From NCBI RefSeq assembly GCF_037042905.1, contig NC_087250.1:21392001-21456000 (forward strand): a stretch of DNA of 64,000 nucleotides, written 5' to 3'. Below the pieces are notes generated by a model. It had not been told where the DNA came from. It worked only from the letters and a program-made list of their open reading frames with translations, and searched no databases. The position numbers and the translations under genes are program-made. This stretch comes from Lytechinus pictus. Lineage: Eukaryota. Of the stretch, positions 24,501 to 36,520 are shown one piece after another; position 1 is the first letter of the stretch, and each line of letters starts with the position of its first letter.

Positions 24501-24639
24501 ATCGTGATATAGCACTCCGTTGCCGCCCGCAGTACACTCTCTGAGCTCGAAAAAAATCTAAGTCCTGAACATGACTCTGAGTAAATTGACTTCAAGTCGG
24601 TTGACTCAGGGTCAACTTTCAGGTGTGTATCTCCATTGC

Positions 24640-24642
<3 letters not shown>
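21581..24642. mobile_element. 3.06 kb non-autonomous TIR element inserted in (TA)n, superfamily unassigned
   Basis: ~135-bp TIRs starting GCAGCAATGGAGATACAC, a second inverted block at ~21735-21818 versus ~24233-24318, and no coding capacity. Confidence 0.85.
22760..23730. repeat. Internal tandem array of ~135-bp and ~260-bp units (higher-order period ~400 bp)
   Basis: GAAGTTGTTATGACTCT(C/A)TTTGTGGATTTTCAGG recurs near 22764, 22897, 23035, 23295, 23433 and 23700. More diverged copies lie at ~21950-22700. Confidence 0.85.
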
Positions 24643-24676
<34 letters not shown>

Positions 24677-24679
24677 GTA

Positions 24680-25145
24680 TATTGTAAAGAAATGGATGAA
24701 GAGAACAATGGTAGGCGTAGCTTAAATCAAGGTTCCCCAGAGCTATCTACCCTTTGGAAAAATTGGTGATGCCGAAACCACTAGACCACAGAGGTATGAT
24801 GTACGGTATACGTGTACTGTATCAAAGCAATAGCTTTGATCCAGCTGAGGCATGGCGGCTTGTCATTGTTCAAAACCCACCTTCACCCGACGAAGGAAAT
24901 TATAATTGGTATAGTGTCGAAAATATGTCTATCTGACAGTCAATCGAATCGGGGTCGCCCTAGCCACTAACCCGTCTCTGTGGTCTAGTGGCTAAGGCAC
25001 CGGCGTTCAAAGCTGGGGCCCCGGGTTCGATTTCCGGCAGAGACATTTTTTCGGCATCACCAATTTTTCCAAAGGGCAGATAGCTCTGGGGAACTTTGAT
25101 TTAAGCTACGCCTACCATTGTTCTCTTCATTCATTTATTTACAAT
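24680..25145. mobile_element. Further insertion of the tRNA-carrying element, with an inverted ~97-bp end copy, flanked by (TA)n
   Basis: 24680-24778 is the reverse complement of ~25049-25145. A short reverse-complement tRNA fragment (CCACTAGACCACAGAG) follows the left arm. TA microsatellite on both sides. Confidence 0.8.
24974..25045 (+). tRNA. Second intact tRNA-like (TCA) copy
   Basis: Same fold with three substitutions (D loop, variable loop, one G-T pair in the T stem). Followed by TTTTTT. Confidence 0.62.
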
Positions 25146-26115
25146 ATATATATATATATATTTATTGCGCAGAGTAGGCCTAGATGTTTTACACATCGTT
25201 TCGGCCTCGTAATCATTAAAGGGGGAACAAACATGCACGATACGAGGCTGTGATAATGGGCAGATGCATAAAAGTAGCAATTGCTGGCAAGCAATTGCTT
25301 CAAGCGCAAGTAAACGATCATGTTTCAGCAAATTACCGCTTGGTGTGAAACTACCTTGTTTCTTTTTGATAATTCTATATATTTAACATTTGATTTGCAC
25401 TTATTATTTAAATGTAATGAATTATTATGTAAGATTTATTATGTTTATTGTCATGTTCCAAATCTAGACTGCATTGTTCATGTTAAATTTTTACAATGTG
25501 TTGTCTATCATTTTGCACGGCATGTAAACAAGAAGAATGTCCAATTATGGACAATAAATAAATACTTATACTTAGTAAACATGTACATGTAGGCTACGGT
25601 ATATCTTGGTGTTCTCTCTTAAACATGATTGAAAAACGAGAACGCCCTGATCAAGCAAAAGCTGAAGCTATTCTGACCGTGCTTGAAAAAAACCCAAGCA
25701 AGTGCTTAAACACGCAAGCGAGATGTTTGCTTTTAGCAATAGATTAATCGTCAAGGAGATGCTAGCAGTCAGCGATTTCTTGAACTTACTGGCAAAAGCA
25801 TATGCTCGCTCATGTTTATGCATACGAAACAAATCAAAAGCAAGGCAAAAGCCTAGAAAAAGCAATTGCTACTTTTTATGCATCTGACCCAATGTATCGT
25901 AATTTTCTTTTTTCTTTTTTTTTTCTTTTGCCTTCAGTGCATGTTGTCACGGTTCGGCGTTTCATCATATCGTAATTTCGTTATTGGCCTAACAATGTTT
26001 TTTTACGAATTTAGTTGCGTTGTAGCGTGAGGTCTTTTTGAATGAAATCAAAGGAAAGCTATTTTTCCTTCAATTTATCAGAAGCAAAATGAAACTGCAC
26101 CCTTCTTACTTCTCG

Positions 26116-27056
26116 TTTTTGTCTCCCCTGCATAGCAGAGTGAGACTATAGGCGCCGCTTTTCCGACGGCGGCGGCGTCAACACCAAATCTTAACCGAAG
26201 GTTAAGTTTTTGAATTGACAACATAACTTAGAAAGCATATGGACCTAGTTCATGAAACTTAGCCATAGGGTTGATCAAATATTACTGAACATCCTGCCTG
26301 AGTTTCATGTCACATGACCAAGGTCAAATGTATTTAAGGGTCAATGATCTTAGACCATGTTGGGGGAATCAACATCAAAATCTTAACCTAAGGTTAAGTT
26401 TTGGAAATGTCATCATAACTTGGGAAATATATACACCTAGTTCATGAAACTTAGACATAAGGTTAATCAAGTATCACTGAACATCCTGCACGAGTTACAC
26501 GTCACATGACTAAGGTCAAAGGTCATTTAGGGTCAATGAACTTTGGCCAAATTGGGGGTATTTGTTGAATTACCATCATAACTTTGAAAGTATATTGGTC
26601 TAGTTCATAAAACTTGGACATGAGAGTAATCAAGTATCACTGAACATCCTGTGCGCATTTCAGGTCACATGACCAAGGTCAAAGGTCAATGAACTTAGGC
26701 CATAATGGGGGTATCTGTTGAATTACCATCATAACTTTGAAAGTTTATGGATCTGACTCATGAAACTTGGACATAAGAGTAATCAAGAATCACTGAACAT
26801 CCTGTGCGAGTTTTAGGTCACATGTTCAAGGTCAAAGGTCATGTAAGGTCAATGAACTTTGGCCATGTTGGGGGTATTTGTTGAATTACCATCATATCTC
26901 TGTAAGTGTATTGGTCTCGTTCATAAAACGTGTACATAAGAGTAACCAAGTATGACTGAACATCTTGTGCAAGTTATAGTAGTTTTCAAAGTCAGCACTG
27001 CTGCTATATTGAATCGTGTGATGCAGGTGAGACCGCCAGAGGCATTCCACTTGTTT
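26116..27056 (+). mobile_element. Helentron-associated (HINE/pearl/Tsp-type) non-autonomous element with ~140-bp internal tandem repeats
   Basis: T-run ends, subterminal inverted repeat GTCTCCCCTGC / GCAGGTGAGAC, short CGG microsatellite, and about 5-6 units with CATAACTT...CAAGGTCAAAGGTCA. A fragment of the same repeat is at ~16549-16660. Confidence 0.75.
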
Positions 27057-29084
27057 AATAACATTCCTTTCTATCTGGCTGGTTCTTTTGATCCAAAGCT
27101 TTACCAGGTTTACCGGTGAAAAGGAGAAAGAGTAAGATGAGAGAAGTGGAGAGACAGATACAGATTTGGGGGCGGGGAAAACACATGGAATACTGAGGGG
27201 AAAGCTTAGGCACGAACGATTAGGGTTACATGTCTGTCCTTATTTGTATGTCGTCTGTATAATTATATTTTAATATTTAAATGACAGTAAGCATGCATTC
27301 CCAGGTTCGGCAGTAACTTTGTAGCTTATGGAAGTCAATAAAATCGTGTTTTTGTCTGGTAAACCTATTTGGGTTCAATCGAGGGTCTGGTTCGGATTCT
27401 ATAAAAGTAGAGACCCTGGAACTTTACTTCTGCATCCAATATAATATTAAATACAAACACCTGGATGATCATAGCCTGGGAAGCGGGACTGCTTTTGGAT
27501 ATTTTGTACACCGTAAGCAGAACCCCTGGACATTAGGTTGGTATGTTAAATGTACAGATCTGACACAAATCTTCTTCATTTTTGGACAGAAAAATGTTTA
27601 TGTAATTATTATTATTGTTGTAATTTTTAAAGACTAAATTTACTTCTGTGTTGGAATAAATCATTCTTTTTTCTTGTCATCTTTTTCTTCTGAACAAAAT
27701 CATCTGTCATCGTGGTCATTTGAAGTGAAACCCTTTTTTCTTGGTCTTTTTTAACAAACCTGCACCCCCTATTTCTAAACCTTTCCCCGGGCAGTGTGAT
27801 CAATCATTTAGTAATCGAAATATAATTTAAATATTGCGAAATAGCACAATCACATTTACCTGGTCGACCAAGCGGCGATTCGATCCAGGAACGTTTTGCT
27901 GAGCCGTACGTATGAACGATTCAATACAAATGCAAAGAAAAGGGACGACGACCCTCGATGACTTTGATGCTGTGCTCATTTTTGTATTTATATATCTTTA
28001 TTTTTCTACGGCATTTGTCGGCATGCATGCCACCTCTAATTTTGGGGAAGGTAAATACTTAAGAATTATAACTACAATGATTCCTTTGTTTAGCTAGTAT
28101 CTGTAAAGACAGCCACAATGATTTCTTTACTCGGGAAAGATTGAAAAAATTAATGAATAAAAGTAAGTAATACTCCCTCAGAAAGTATCTCAAAGGTGTG
28201 TATAAATTGATAGGAAGACAAAGCTTAAAGCATAGCCAGCTTTATCAAGCTTTCCGTCCTTAATTAACTTATTATCCATGATAATTTTAAAAGTCTTCTG
28301 GTATCACGGGGGTCCTTCCCCATATTTCAAAAGTAAACAATTATCCTACATCTATGATATTTTTTCTTACAGTACCCTATGAAATGTTTCCTTCCACTCA
28401 TAAAAAAGATTGGTCGAAGTAAAAAAAAAAATTGGTAAATATTTGTCCGATAAATAAAAGCGGTCTATACCAACCAAATTCTAATAGATTTAAACAAGAA
28501 TACAGTTGTCAATTTTTGCAATTTCTTTTTGATCGGATACATATTCGATAAAACATAATTAATTTGGGCCAATTCTTCTAAAATTGTGATCAATAATTTC
28601 ATTCTTGAAAGTATATTGTAATCCAAAGTTGAATAAAACATTGAAAACGAAAAATAAACATCCTCCAGATTTTCCCGGTGTAAAATTATACTGGGCCGGT
28701 CGTTAGTGTCATATACTCTCTTTTTAACATCAAATTTGCATTTGATTTCAAGGAGCGTATATAAAGTCATAGTAAGGTACAATAAAGGCAATCTCAAACT
28801 GTTTAAAATTATAGTTAAATCATATTTTTTCTTAATAACCTTCCACAGGTCTGGGTTCCTTTATTGAAAATCCGTGGGGTACATGTACGCAGTAACACAA
28901 TATAATGTCATAAAACATGTCATAAAATGTCATAAAACAAATACAATACTCCAATACATTTTCAAAGTGAAACAAACACTCCTTAGCAAGTAATTTATAC
29001 ACACAGACTTAAGGCACCAAAATGAAACGAAAATAGTAAGATTGCGACGTATTTGCTAAGTTTCATACCGCCCGATTTTTGCAC

Positions 29085-29866
29085 GACAGTCGACAAAGGT
29101 CACAGCTTCATGGTCGAGTGATGGTCGAATCTTTGTGGCGTTACCGGCTTCAAATGACAAAACTGTCAAGAAACTCGTTAGATCACTAAAGGAGGCGAAG
29201 CAACTCTCATCATCTACAAGATCAAAATAGAGATTTGATATGACAGATGAAATGCAATTAACTCTGGAAGTTGTTGAATTGAACAGAATATTCCGTATAC
29301 TTTGATTTTTTTCTTTGTTATATATATATATTTTTTTTGTATATTTTTCCTTCAGTAATGCCAAATGTCTTCTAACTGTAGCTGTGTATTATGTAGCAGG
29401 CAATGTAACTTAACTTGTAATGATTGTTTCTTATGTAGGCCTTTAAGAAATGAACAAGAATCTGAAACTAGTTTTGATGAAAATTATGGGTACTTTGAAA
29501 ATTTGATAAATAATGAATATTATACCCCTACGGAATTTGGAAATGCCTTGAAATTACATGGTGAAAAAAATCTGATTTTGGCAAATTTCATTTGCCGTAG
29601 TTTAAAGTGTAATTTTGAGACATTCACTAATTGTCTTGATGAAATTGGTCAGAAATTGTCATTTATTGGTACTTGTGAAACATGGCTCAATAATGAGGAA
29701 GAACATGAATGTATGATTCCAGGTTATACATTTGTAGGCTAACACAGAAATAACAAAAGAGGAGGAGGCGTAGGCATGTATATAAATGATTATATAAAAT
29801 ATATTAAACGCCCAGACTTGGTCACATTTATTGAAAATATCGAAAGCCTGTTCATTGAAATTCATA
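29085..29866 (+). pseudogene. CR1/L2-type LINE fragment: ORF1 C-terminus and ORF2 AP-endonuclease N-terminus
   Basis: SWSSDGRIFV (ORF1-like), then NFICRSL...IGTCETWL...IPGYTFVG*HRNNKRGGGVGMYIN...ESLFIEI with an in-frame stop at 29740. Confidence 0.85.
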
Positions 29867-30168
29867 ATTTCTTGGTGGAAGCTGAATGGTGAGGTGAAGC
29901 TCTGTCCTGCAGGAAAATCTGCCCTTGAAAGAGGGAATGTAGCTGGAGGTCAGAATCTCTTGATACTGAATGCTGTCCACGTACTCTGCAGATCTTTGTT
30001 GCACCACCAGATCTGATGTAGCCCCAAGATCTGCAGAGAAGATGGGACCATTTACAGCATTAGGTTTTTAACAGATTCTGACCTCCAGCTACATTCTTAC
30101 CTACCTACAAGGGCAGATTTCCCAGCAGGATGGAGCCCTTTGTCACACGTCAGCTTCCACCAAGAAAT
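29867..30168. mobile_element. ~300-bp palindromic MITE-like element at the LINE truncation point
   Basis: ATTTCTTGGTGGAAGCTGA / TCAGCTTCCACCAAGAAAT plus an inner inverted block GTAGCTGGAGGTCAGAATCT / AGATTCTGACCTCCAGCTAC. No TSD seen. Confidence 0.7.
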
Positions 30169-32499
30169 GTATTCAGCACAAGAAGATCAAATGTCTTGAA
30201 AATAGGACAGCACAGTCTCCAGACATGACTTTATTGAGCATGTATGAAGCAGAATGAATGAGAGCACATGGAAACGAAGCCAAATAATGTGGGGGGAGTT
30301 GTGGAACACTCGTGAGGCCATCTCTTATGCCATTCTGATGCCTACATCAACAAACTGGTACGACCCCCTCCCAAGACCGAGGCCAAAATAAGGCACAGCA
30401 GATACTAAAGTGTTAATTCCTGGCGTTGCAGTTAGTATGATGTTGATGTGATGTCAGAAGCAATGTTTGTTGATTCAGTCTGAATGATTTGTAAATTGCG
30501 ACATGACTTTTGTCCAGCTGAAAAAAAAGGCCTACTTGACATTATTCAATTCAATTCAAATAAAACATTTATTTTCTTCTATTTCATCACATAGTTTTCT
30601 TGTAACATACATACATAAATACATAAATCAATTTGTTATGAAAAATATAAATATATACATGTTGGGTTTAAGGAAGAAGGCGTATACCCTAAAAGCTGAG
30701 GCTTGTGGCGGGATACGCCTATAGACATAAATACAATACAATCAACAATACAAAGGAAAGGGCAGAGAAAAGAAGAAAAGGAAAGGGAACAAGAGAGGGA
30801 GACGTGAGCGGGGAGGCGGGCATGAAAATAGAATCCTCAACGAAATATCAGTGGGGGGCAAAATATAAATGCCGCAACCACAATTGTCCATGGTTCATCT
30901 TATCATGTTTAAAGTCAAAAGGAAACGTAAGATGAGAAATATTTATATATAAAACGACAGAAGCAATTTTTTTCATTTTATACTTAAAGCTGGTTGTCGA
31001 TAGAGATTTTTTTATGTAATCCGGAATTTCAATTTATGTCACTGTTCTCATTAGCGTAGATTAAATTTAATTTCTCTGCTGCCAAATAATATTTTTAAAC
31101 ATTAGAATTAATCTGAAAGATATCACAGATCAGATGATTTTTGGTAAAGTTAGAAAGTGATTACTTCATCAGCAGTACCTGCGACAAGACTTATGTACAT
31201 TACAGTAATACGCTAATGGTTTTCTGCGGTTGTAATAGTTTAACTACTTGAGGTATTAATACCTTATTATGAAATACCTTACTTCGTTTTGTATATCTTT
31301 GCATTTGTTGGTCATTTGCTATTATCAGGGGAAGCGGAATTGCAATAAACTTGTACTAAATCTTTTAAAATACACGAACTACCCTTTCTGCATGGTCATT
31401 CATTAGGGATATAACTGTTTGGGGATACAATTGCATAAGGCCTATGTGTGTTAACATATATCCATATATCTCTCTAACTATGCCATCAAAATTAGAAATA
31501 ACTGCTATCGAATATTTATTTCGGCACCTTCGGAGTTGACGCTGATTAAAGGTACGACCGGGGTCTGTTAAAAAAACACGAACTTTGAGAGATTGTCTAG
31601 ATGAATCAGGGAGAACACCTGGTTATTTCTTCATCTTTAGCCTGCAACCATCATAGCACTGTCATCGAAATGTATCTATACCATATTTCATGTCGTAGAT
31701 GGCGCCCTTAGGTTTTGTGACGGAGATAACACAGAATTACGGGACATAAAATATCCGACAAAATTGTTGTTTTCTTGCAAAATGTTCAACATGTACTCAT
31801 ATTTACATATATTCATTCAAGAAAAGAACTATCATCGGTATTTCTCAGGCACAGAGCCTAATATAATATTCATCCATTCGGAATTTATGAAATTATGATT
31901 CAATTTTGATGATATCGTCGGGACATGCGGTTGTATTAGGGGGTTCGGCACATTCAGACAAAACAACAACAAAAAATCACCGAACAGATTAATTTCTCCA
32001 AACTCCGTTAATATACATTGTTAAAGACATTCATGTCAGCATAAATAGAGAAAAGTTAAAGTTAAAATCACATAAATATTTCTTTGATTATCATGATTAT
32101 TATGATTATCGGGACACAAAAGGAGACACTTAAGTTTGCGAAGTATCACCATCATAATGAGTGACCTGTGCTTTTGTGCTCCTGGAAAATCTTGGTAAAA
32201 ACCTAGCTTATAGCCTTGAAATAACCCTCTTACTACGGTTATTGAGTCTTCAATTGAGAAGATTAACAAAAACTGACATTTGAACAAAATCAACAGGAGC
32301 AGTACTCAACCACGTAGCCAGGATTTCATTTAGGAGGGGGCGGTAAATGCACACGAAGCATGCCAACAATTAAAGAGCGCGCGAAGCGCGCTCCCTAGGA
32401 GATGGGTGCAGGGAGGGGGAGTTTCCCCCTCCCTTGCGAAGCGCGAAGTTTTCGGTGTTTCATAAATTAAAATGAAAATGAGCCGTCTCTCCTGTCTCT

Positions 32500-33700
32500 A
32501 GTATTATATATTTGTTAGAAGTATGGATAGACATGATAGAGACGAAGGATTTTCGATTTAAATCTGATACATTTAAAGGAAATGTTTTTAACAATAAATT
32601 TGTACGAATTCAAGGGAAATGCATATTTAACCAAAAGGTATGTGAAAATAAGATTTGCAGAGTGAAAAAAATTATGGATTATGATAGAAACTTAAGGTAA
32701 TTTTCGTACTTCCAAAGACAGGGTTTAAACATAATGATTTTCATTTGATAGAGTCAATTTATAAAACTATTCCAGTCAGCTGGAAACGAAATATGAAAAT
32801 AGATAGCAAAGAGGCTTCTCTTAGGGAAGGAATATCATTTATATCTGAAAAAGAATTTTGTCAATAGATCTAGAGGAGTTAGTATCCAAAAAAAGGGGGG
32901 GGGGGGTTGGGAGGTAGAACATCACTTTTTATCTTTTTTTTCTCTCTTATCATTTCATACATCTTGTTAATATTTCATTTTGTAATTGCTGAAACGCATT
33001 AGTATTAATTTCAAGTATCTTTGAAGTTTGATGTATAATTTGTATGATTATACTTGTTATGGTTTTATTGTATAATTTATAATCATGTTTCAAATTATAT
33101 GTACAACTTGCTTATGGAATGTGAATGTGTATTTTGATTTGAGAGAATTCAATAAAACATCCTTAAAAAATATTTTAAAAAATCGAAAAGAAGTTTTGTA
33201 TTTTTGCAGATTTCAGTCGTTTTATTTTTCATTAGTTTGAAATCTTTTTTAATCGATTACAATATTGATTAGAGGAAGAAACATATCGCCATCTATTTTT
33301 GGAATGTGAATATGCTTGTTTGGTTTGGGATAATTGTAAGAAGATATTTGGTTTTATTTCGACGGGCAATTTAAGCTGGGAGGAAATTCTTGTAGGTGTA
33401 GAATTAAAGGACGAAGGAAAGGAACGTTTAGTCAATCATTTTCTAATCTTTGTTAAATTTTTAATCTTCAAAGGGAGGGAAAAGGGTGCACTTATAACCA
33501 TGGATGAAATTAAAAGGAAATTTAAAGAAGAAGAATGGGAAGAAAGGAGGCTGGCGCTAGGTAGAGGTAAGATGTCTCTACATTTAAGGAAATGGGAAAA
33601 TCTGAATTAAAAGAATATATAGGGAGAGTGAGGCAAAGGTATATATACAACGAGAGACAAAACCACACAAAAAATACAAAAATAAATAAATACGGAGAAT
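32500..33700 (+). pseudogene. L1/Tx1-type LINE 3' fragment (RT C-terminal zinc-binding region), interrupted
   Basis: CIFC...EEETYRHLFLECEYACLVWD...NHFLIFVKFLIFK...KWE. An upstream piece reads NKFVRIQGKCIF. Confidence 0.72.
32895..33170 (+). repeat. ~270-bp direct repeat, second copy at ~33763-34040
   Basis: G-run, GGGAGGTAGAACA...GCTGAAACGCATTAGTATTAATTTC...ATAAAACATCCTT, then an A-rich end, in both copies. Confidence 0.85.
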
Positions 33701-34087
33701 TGTAGTCCCTTCCATGTAGAGTATAGGCATAAAAAGGGGAGGGTGCTCCTAACTTAGGGACCGGGGGGGGGGGGTGGGAGGTAGAACAACACTTTTTTTT
33801 TTTTTTTTCTCTCTTATCATTCATACATCTTGTTAATATTTCATTTTGTAATTGCTGAAACGCATTAGTATTAATTTCTAGTATCTTTGAAGTTTGATGT
33901 ATAGTTTGTATAATTATATTTGTTATGGATTTATTGTATAATTTATAATCATGTTTCAAATAGTTTGTACAACTTGCTTATGGAATGTGAATGTTTATTT
34001 TGATTTGAGATAATACGATAAAACATCCTTTAAAAAAAATCGTTTATAAAACAAAAATTGTTTATTAAAGAGGGAATTCACCCTTAA

Positions 34088-34546
34088 AGCGACCTTTCAT
34101 TGACAAACCATGGGGAAATCAAGACCAATCTCAGAACGGAGAGGGGTTTAAAGTCTTTTACTCGGGTGTATATGCTTAGGGGTGTTATGTAATAGACGCC
34201 GGCATGCCTGGGAGGTCTAATACAGGAGAGCAATAGTTAGACTAACCAAGCAGAAGAAAACTGTGTTTTCACTTTGAAACATGTAACTTCACAAAGGTTA
34301 TTTATTTTGGTTTAGCAATCAAGAGACCTGCTAAGAGTCTAGGAATTGGGATTGTTGGAAACTAGAACTGCGATAGCCCGAATTAAATAACGATCACGAG
34401 TTCGGTCGAATTCGTGTTGTCCGAACTTTTATCGCATTAGTCCGACGGGTTCTCATGACGGACGGAATATATTATGCAAGTCAATTGGCCTTTTGCAAAT
34501 TTCGTATTGATTCAATTTCCCCATGATTTGACAATATAAGGTCGCT
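34088..34546. mobile_element. TTAA-TSD element (Kolobok-like)
   Basis: TTAA|AGCGACCTTTCATTGACAAACCATGGGGAAAT...ATTTCCCCATGATTTGACAATATAAGGTCGCT|TTAA. Confidence 0.8.
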
Positions 34547-35639
34547 TTAACAGAAATGATAATACACAAATTGTAGGTTTGCCGAAAATCAATTAAAGAT
34601 TAAGAAAGTGAATATAATTTCAAGTTTTGGATATGTGATTTCATAACTGAGCAGCTGTTTCATATTTTGATTAATATAAAATGCCTAAATTAAAATGTTT
34701 TACTTTGTTTGAGATGACTTATTTTTGTATTCTTTTTAGGAGTGGATGTGAAATAATTGGACTATTGATGTACTCGTGATACAGTAAAACCTACATTTAA
34801 ATTTTCTGAGAAAGTGGCCTTTCGCCGATTATTTTACCATACGATATGAGGGAAAACTGCTCGCATTACGTCACAAGTCAAATAATCAAAATGCTATTTT
34901 TACAATGAACGCTTTTTAAGGGTGAACCAAATTTTAATAAATGGCTTGTAATTCTTTGGCCGGGTAGTCTATTAAAGGCGCCTGATCACAAAAGTCATGT
35001 GTTGGCTCCTTGGTCACGGCACTTATGTCCGTGAGCAAGGAATTTAATCAACAATTTTATTCTTCATTCAAACACATGAAAATGATAGAGCATTATTTAT
35101 ATATTTATGTGTGCACTACACTGTACTTGTTTAAAAACATTAATGAATTTTATTCAGTAGAATAGAAATTGTTTTGTAGTGTTCTCCTGAATTTCACAGT
35201 CATTTGCTTAATTAATTACCTCAAATTTATTCAAAACTACTCTTCAGCCTTGTAGTTTACAGCCGGCCTTAGGCACTTTGTGCGAATTTTTGCGACTGGA
35301 ACACAATGGTTAAGATTAATTGCTGATTGAAATGGCCTATCAAGATCATCGTTGCATGCGTATTTTATTCAGTAGACTATCGAGGAACCAATCAGAATTG
35401 TTCTTTCATATAAGCGATTAGTTGATAACCTGTGTGTTACAGGCCCAAATAGTCGAGATCGGAAGGAGGGGGTGAATTTGATCTGGTCTTGCCCATTCCA
35501 AATATGACCAAAACAGAGTGATATTAATTTTCAGACACGTTAACCAAACGTTTCAGTGCCCCCCCCCCAAAAAAAAAATATATATATATGTATGTATACA
35601 ATCGATTATAACTTCTAAAGAAAAAGAAAAAAAGTGAAA

Positions 35640-36520
35640 ATGGAACTTGTATATTTATAATGTGAATGTGTCCTATGAGAAATTATTAATCACTAATTAA
35701 TAAGCTATCTTGGCCGATTCTTAAAAATGTTTTTTTCACAAACAAATTAATGGTAAAAACAAAAGAAGTTTGTTATATTTGCTGATTTCTGTCATTCTTT
35801 GTTAGTCTGAAATCGCTTTTAATCAATTACAATAATGATAATATATAATTACACAAAATAATATAATTACTTTATACAAAAATAAAAGGAGCCGTGGCCG
35901 AGTGGTCTAAGGCGCCTGACATCACTTTTAAATGCACTGTCAATGATTATAAAGTAATTCATTAATCTTGGGTGATTCTTTAAAATGCATCTTTCATAAG
36001 AAAAGTAAAGGAAGAAGCAAAGGTACTTTGTTATATTAGCAGATTACTGTAATATTATTTATATTTTGTTTGTTTGATATTTCTTTTACTTGATTTCAAC
36101 ATTGTTAAAAAAATTATAATTACTTTATACAAAAATTAAATAAAATAATGTTATTGTCATTGTTTTAAGGCGCCTGGCAATACATGGAAAGTCCGGGGTT
36201 TGATCCTCAGCCGCGGTACCAATGCCTGTGATTAATCGATACTAGTCTTTTATCCTGCATTCAAATAAATGAACATGCTATTCACCCTCTTGGTAACTAG
36301 GTGTGCACTTGTAAAAAAATAATTAATAAAATTAAAATAAGAAATAAAACAAGTAACTTAATACAAAAATAAAAGGAGCCATAACCGAGCGGCCTGAAGG
36401 GCCTGACAATACACGAAAAGTCCAGGGTTCGATCTTCGGTAATGGTCTTTTATCATGCATTCAAATAAATGAAAATGCTATACGCATTTTTGATAACTAG
36501 GTGTGCACTAGCTCAAAAAA
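35640..36520 (+). repeat. Locally duplicated, degenerate tRNA-SINE fragments
   Basis: GGAGCCGTGGCCGAGTGGTCTAAGGCGCCTGAC at ~35888. Related heads with B boxes at ~36165-36310 and ~36375-36510. Confidence 0.6.

Noticed and set aside
24885..24925. Hammerhead ribozyme (CCGACGAAGG...GTCGAAA)
   Set aside because: The core reads CCGACGA or CCGACAA rather than CTGANGA, and I see no convincing stem II.
22760..27050. CRISPR-like arrays
   Set aside because: Eukaryotic context, entire units are repeated with no unique spacers, and there are no cas genes.
35888..35920. tRNA-Leu/Ser-like gene (GCCGAGTGGTCTAAGGCGC)
   Set aside because: Only the 5' half is present. Related copies are degenerate SINE heads.
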